From Selaginella moellendorffii (lineage: Eukaryota; Plantae; Lycopodiophyta), in NCBI RefSeq assembly GCF_000143415.4, contig NW_003314298.1:537986-601985 (forward strand): a stretch of DNA of 64,000 nucleotides. The letters run 5' to 3'. The position numbers and the translations under genes were made by a program. The notes below the pieces were generated by a model that had not been told where the DNA came from, searched no databases, and worked only from the letters and a program-made list of their open reading frames with translations. Of the stretch, positions 60,936 to 64,000 are shown in pieces; within the stretch, counting starts at the first letter, position 1, and each line of letters opens with the position of its first letter.

Positions 60936-63900
60936 TGTAGCGCACGTGGTTTTGACCCTTTGTCCTATGATGATTTACCATAGGATAACACCACGAAGCG
61001 GAACTTAAACCCTCTTTGTGCCACGTGACAGATGCCACGTGTCACATGCCACGTGTCCATAGGAACCCGAGGTTCAGGGCCTTGGGCCACTGAACGAACG
61101 ATGCCAAACTCCCAAGCGTGGAGCCAAGGAGTGATGGAACCGAACCACGGAGTAACTCTTGAGCATACAGCCCAAGGAGCGAAGGGACAGGGGCCCGGAG
61201 CGACTTGGAACAGTCCTAGAGCAACCAGCATCCCAATGCCAGGACCAGCACGCAAAACGGAGCCAAACGGAGTTTGACGCTATTTCAGCATACCAGTGGC
61301 CTAACGTGAGGATATGGGTACTCCACCAGCTAGCATGGAATGGAACTTGGGCTTAGACCCAAGCCGGACGCAGAACAAGGACAAGCACGCAAGCGAGAGC
61401 TAGACTATGCCTCAGGTTGGTCAACCATGCCCGACCTACCCACTATCCCTACTATACATTTAGAACCCCCCATAGCCCCCCCCCCCCCCTTGAGGAACAC
61501 ACGCTTTGGGCTTTCACCCCAAGCCTCCCTTAGTATCAGGAGTTAGTCTCTGGGACAAGCTCAAAACTTATTAAATATGGAATGTCCCTAGATTGCGAAT
61601 TTGGACATGGGACGAACACCATTGTGTTCAGAATGATCTCTACATTCCGTAGATATGCCAAATGAGCAAATCTGGACACTTTCCATAAATAGCATCTGGG
61701 ACAATTTGAGACTAACACAAAGGGCATGATAGCGAGGGTGTTTGGCAGACACGGTAAGCTATCATGTAGCGATATTGAGGGACCAATCTCAATACGCGAG
61801 GGTTCTTGTCAAGCCAGTGCAAGACAGAGCAAAAGAAAACTAACAAGCCGGGCCGAGTATGCTCAGCTAAATAGACACTTAAGAATTCCTTCCTTATGCT
61901 CATCCGGCCAAATACAGATGCAAAGTCCAGTTTACTAACACTTGAACAAGAGGGACTAATAAAGGGTCCAGCAATACCGACCTCCTGCTATCGTGGCAGT
62001 AAGGTAAGAGTGTCCGTAAGGACTAGCCGACAGGTAACTTTCGATACCCGAAGTCACATTCGCGACACTCTCCCCCCCTAGAGAAGATCGACGTCCTCGT
62101 CGATGCATACTCCAGTCTAGAATACCGCCAAGGAAACAACTCCATAAAAAGTTCACGGTACTCACACTATGTGAGAAATGCACCAACTTAAATGAGTTAG
62201 GGGGCAACCTCTTTGTCTAACACGGATGCGCTACCAGCTCAGACACCTTCCGGCCGTCGCCGACAAGGAAATGACCAACGAAGTCAGCCACCCTTGCTGC
62301 TCTGGGGGTCACCCAGCTACAAAAGTGTGATATGCCCCTGCCCGCAGGAACATAGAGAGAGAAACCAGAGGCCCCAACCCTCCTAAGCAAAGAAACTAAA
62401 CCCGTTGGTAAGGTTTAGATAGATTACTGTAAACAGGCAGTTAGAGTTGTTTACACGGTCACGCCCTTTCAACGGAATAAGGAACATCGACAGAGAGGCG
62501 GGTTATGTGACCAGTCGACAGTAGCTACCCCATGACTAGAGATTTCAACATGCACACGAAGTGCCGAAGCCAGTCTGCCTATTACTGGCCCAAACTCAAA
62601 GATCAATAGATGGACAATATCAAAGTCATAGACAATGATATCTTAGAGTCGGAATTATCAGTGAATAAATCTTATATTAGAACAAAAGTATTCCAAGTAA
62701 GGTATTATCTGATAAACTAGGATTACAGCATAGGAACCACCAAGATCATCATAATTGATAAACATAGGAATCACCATCCAACAAATTCAATAGCAAGTAG
62801 ATCATCAAGGAAACTCAATGATAAAACTTAGCTACCGAAAATGGCAGATAGCATGCTAAACAACTCACAAAACACAACTCAAAGAACACAAAGTATCATT
62901 GACTAACAAGCACAATGCTCGCGAATGTATCACCTGAAGGAAATAACATCCTAATCTATGAAAACTAACTCAAGCAATAATCAACAGAACAAAATGAATG
63001 TTGCAAAGCAAACAAACGCTTATTCATATTAACCATTGCACTAGCCAATCCGGATAGATCCCAGCCAATAACACCAAGGAACTCAAGTTGCCTAAGCAAG
63101 TGTCAGCAACATCCTACTGATGTCTCAACCCAAGAGACCAATCCAGAGCAAACCACAAAGAACATGTGGTATTGCGAAAAGCCATAAGCCATCAAAGAGA
63201 ACAACTAACCATCATGAAAGATCATCAATCATCCCATCAATAAAGAGATGCATAATCATCGTCTAAGAAGGAATCCACCATCCCGAAGAACGGCAAACCA
63301 ATCTATACCAACAATAATCAAGCAAAACTTTTTTTTTTTTTGACAAGGATAATCAACTATCCTAGATGATAGTCAATCATCACCAATGATTGCTAGATGC
63401 AAATACTAACTTCAACATCGAAGCTAGGAGCCAAAATGCCTTTCCCAACAACTTCTAACAAATGGAACAATGAACATAAAACTCAAAGAACCAAAAGCTT
63501 GAAGAAGCCTATAGCCATATCTTGTCTAACAATGATCACAGGTCTTGCATGAACCAACTTCAATGTTAAAGAAGAAATCATGGTGCAACCCACAATATCC
63601 TCCTCAACATATTCATAAGCCAAACTTTATAATGCAAAGCTAATGAAGAGCATTTCTGCATCAATCCAAAAGCTAAGCATAGCAAAGTTATGCTCAACAA
63701 GTGATCACCAAACGATCCTCCATGAATCCATCTATAGCAAGACGTAGCTCACATCGTAACAAGCACAAGGGGAATCATCAATGATCAATATATTCCAATT
63801 CAAACCCAATAAAGATTCAAACTTTCCAATATTGATCACTAACTCTTTTGCTTGTAGAGTTAGCATAGTCCACGACTAAATCACTTTTCAAGGAAAAGCT

Positions 63901-64000
63901 AAAGCTCAACCCTCTACTAAATAATCTCGTCTAGAAGACAACTAACTCAACTTGCCACTCAGTTCATTTGAACGTTAACACAGTTGCTAACTAGCAATTG
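60936..64000 (-). mobile_element. Young LTR retrotransposon: complete 3' LTR (62067->60936, ~1.13 kb, TG...CA), PPT and internal region running off the window
   Basis: On the minus strand: TAGGGGGGGAGAG PPT, then TGTCGCGAAT...GTGCGCTACA; internal region homologous to ~20250-22171. Confidence 0.9.

Noticed and set aside
62549-62610. YYWPKLKDQ resembling an integrase zinc-finger region
   Set aside because: Antisense to the element, frame not conserved in the 21.6-kb copy, and no following CxxC
1-64000. tRNA, rRNA or miRNA genes
   Set aside because: None recognised by eye; a covariance-model search would be needed to exclude them

Overview
Eukaryotic land-plant nuclear DNA. Compact genes with short (~50-90 nt) introns, intronless PLS-class PPR genes and AAACCCTA telo-boxes suggest a lycophyte such as Selaginella (inference from style only). 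Gene-rich blocks: the 3' part of an S-domain receptor (pseudo)kinase, an ATL RING-H2 E3 ligase, an NPH3/RPT2-like BTB gene, an OTU3-like deubiquitinase, two PLS-E PPR genes, a frameshifted GH3, COP1, an F-box gene with an inverted pseudogene copy, and URI/RMP prefoldin. These alternate with AT-rich repeat islands (about 5.9-25.5 kb, 45.6-48.2 kb, 59-64 kb). The first island is a mosaic tandem duplication holding two copies of a small secreted peptide gene whose six-cysteine spacing matches the kiwellin N-terminal (kissper) domain, a heavily decayed Ty3/gypsy element, and nested copies of a younger LTR family. Best leads: (1) a stand-alone kissper-type peptide gene pair, identical over ~400 bp while the flanks diverge; (2) an array of ~15 copies of a 22-bp palindrome (TTAGCGTGAGGCCTCACGCTAA) at 59.15-60.32 kb; (3) a young LTR element bracketed by a 71-bp direct repeat, whose family sits three times in or beside the same older LTR family; (4) a papain gene split by an inversion exactly within GAVT/PVKNQG; (5) an intact-ORF receptor pseudokinase. 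All identities and divergences were judged by eye.
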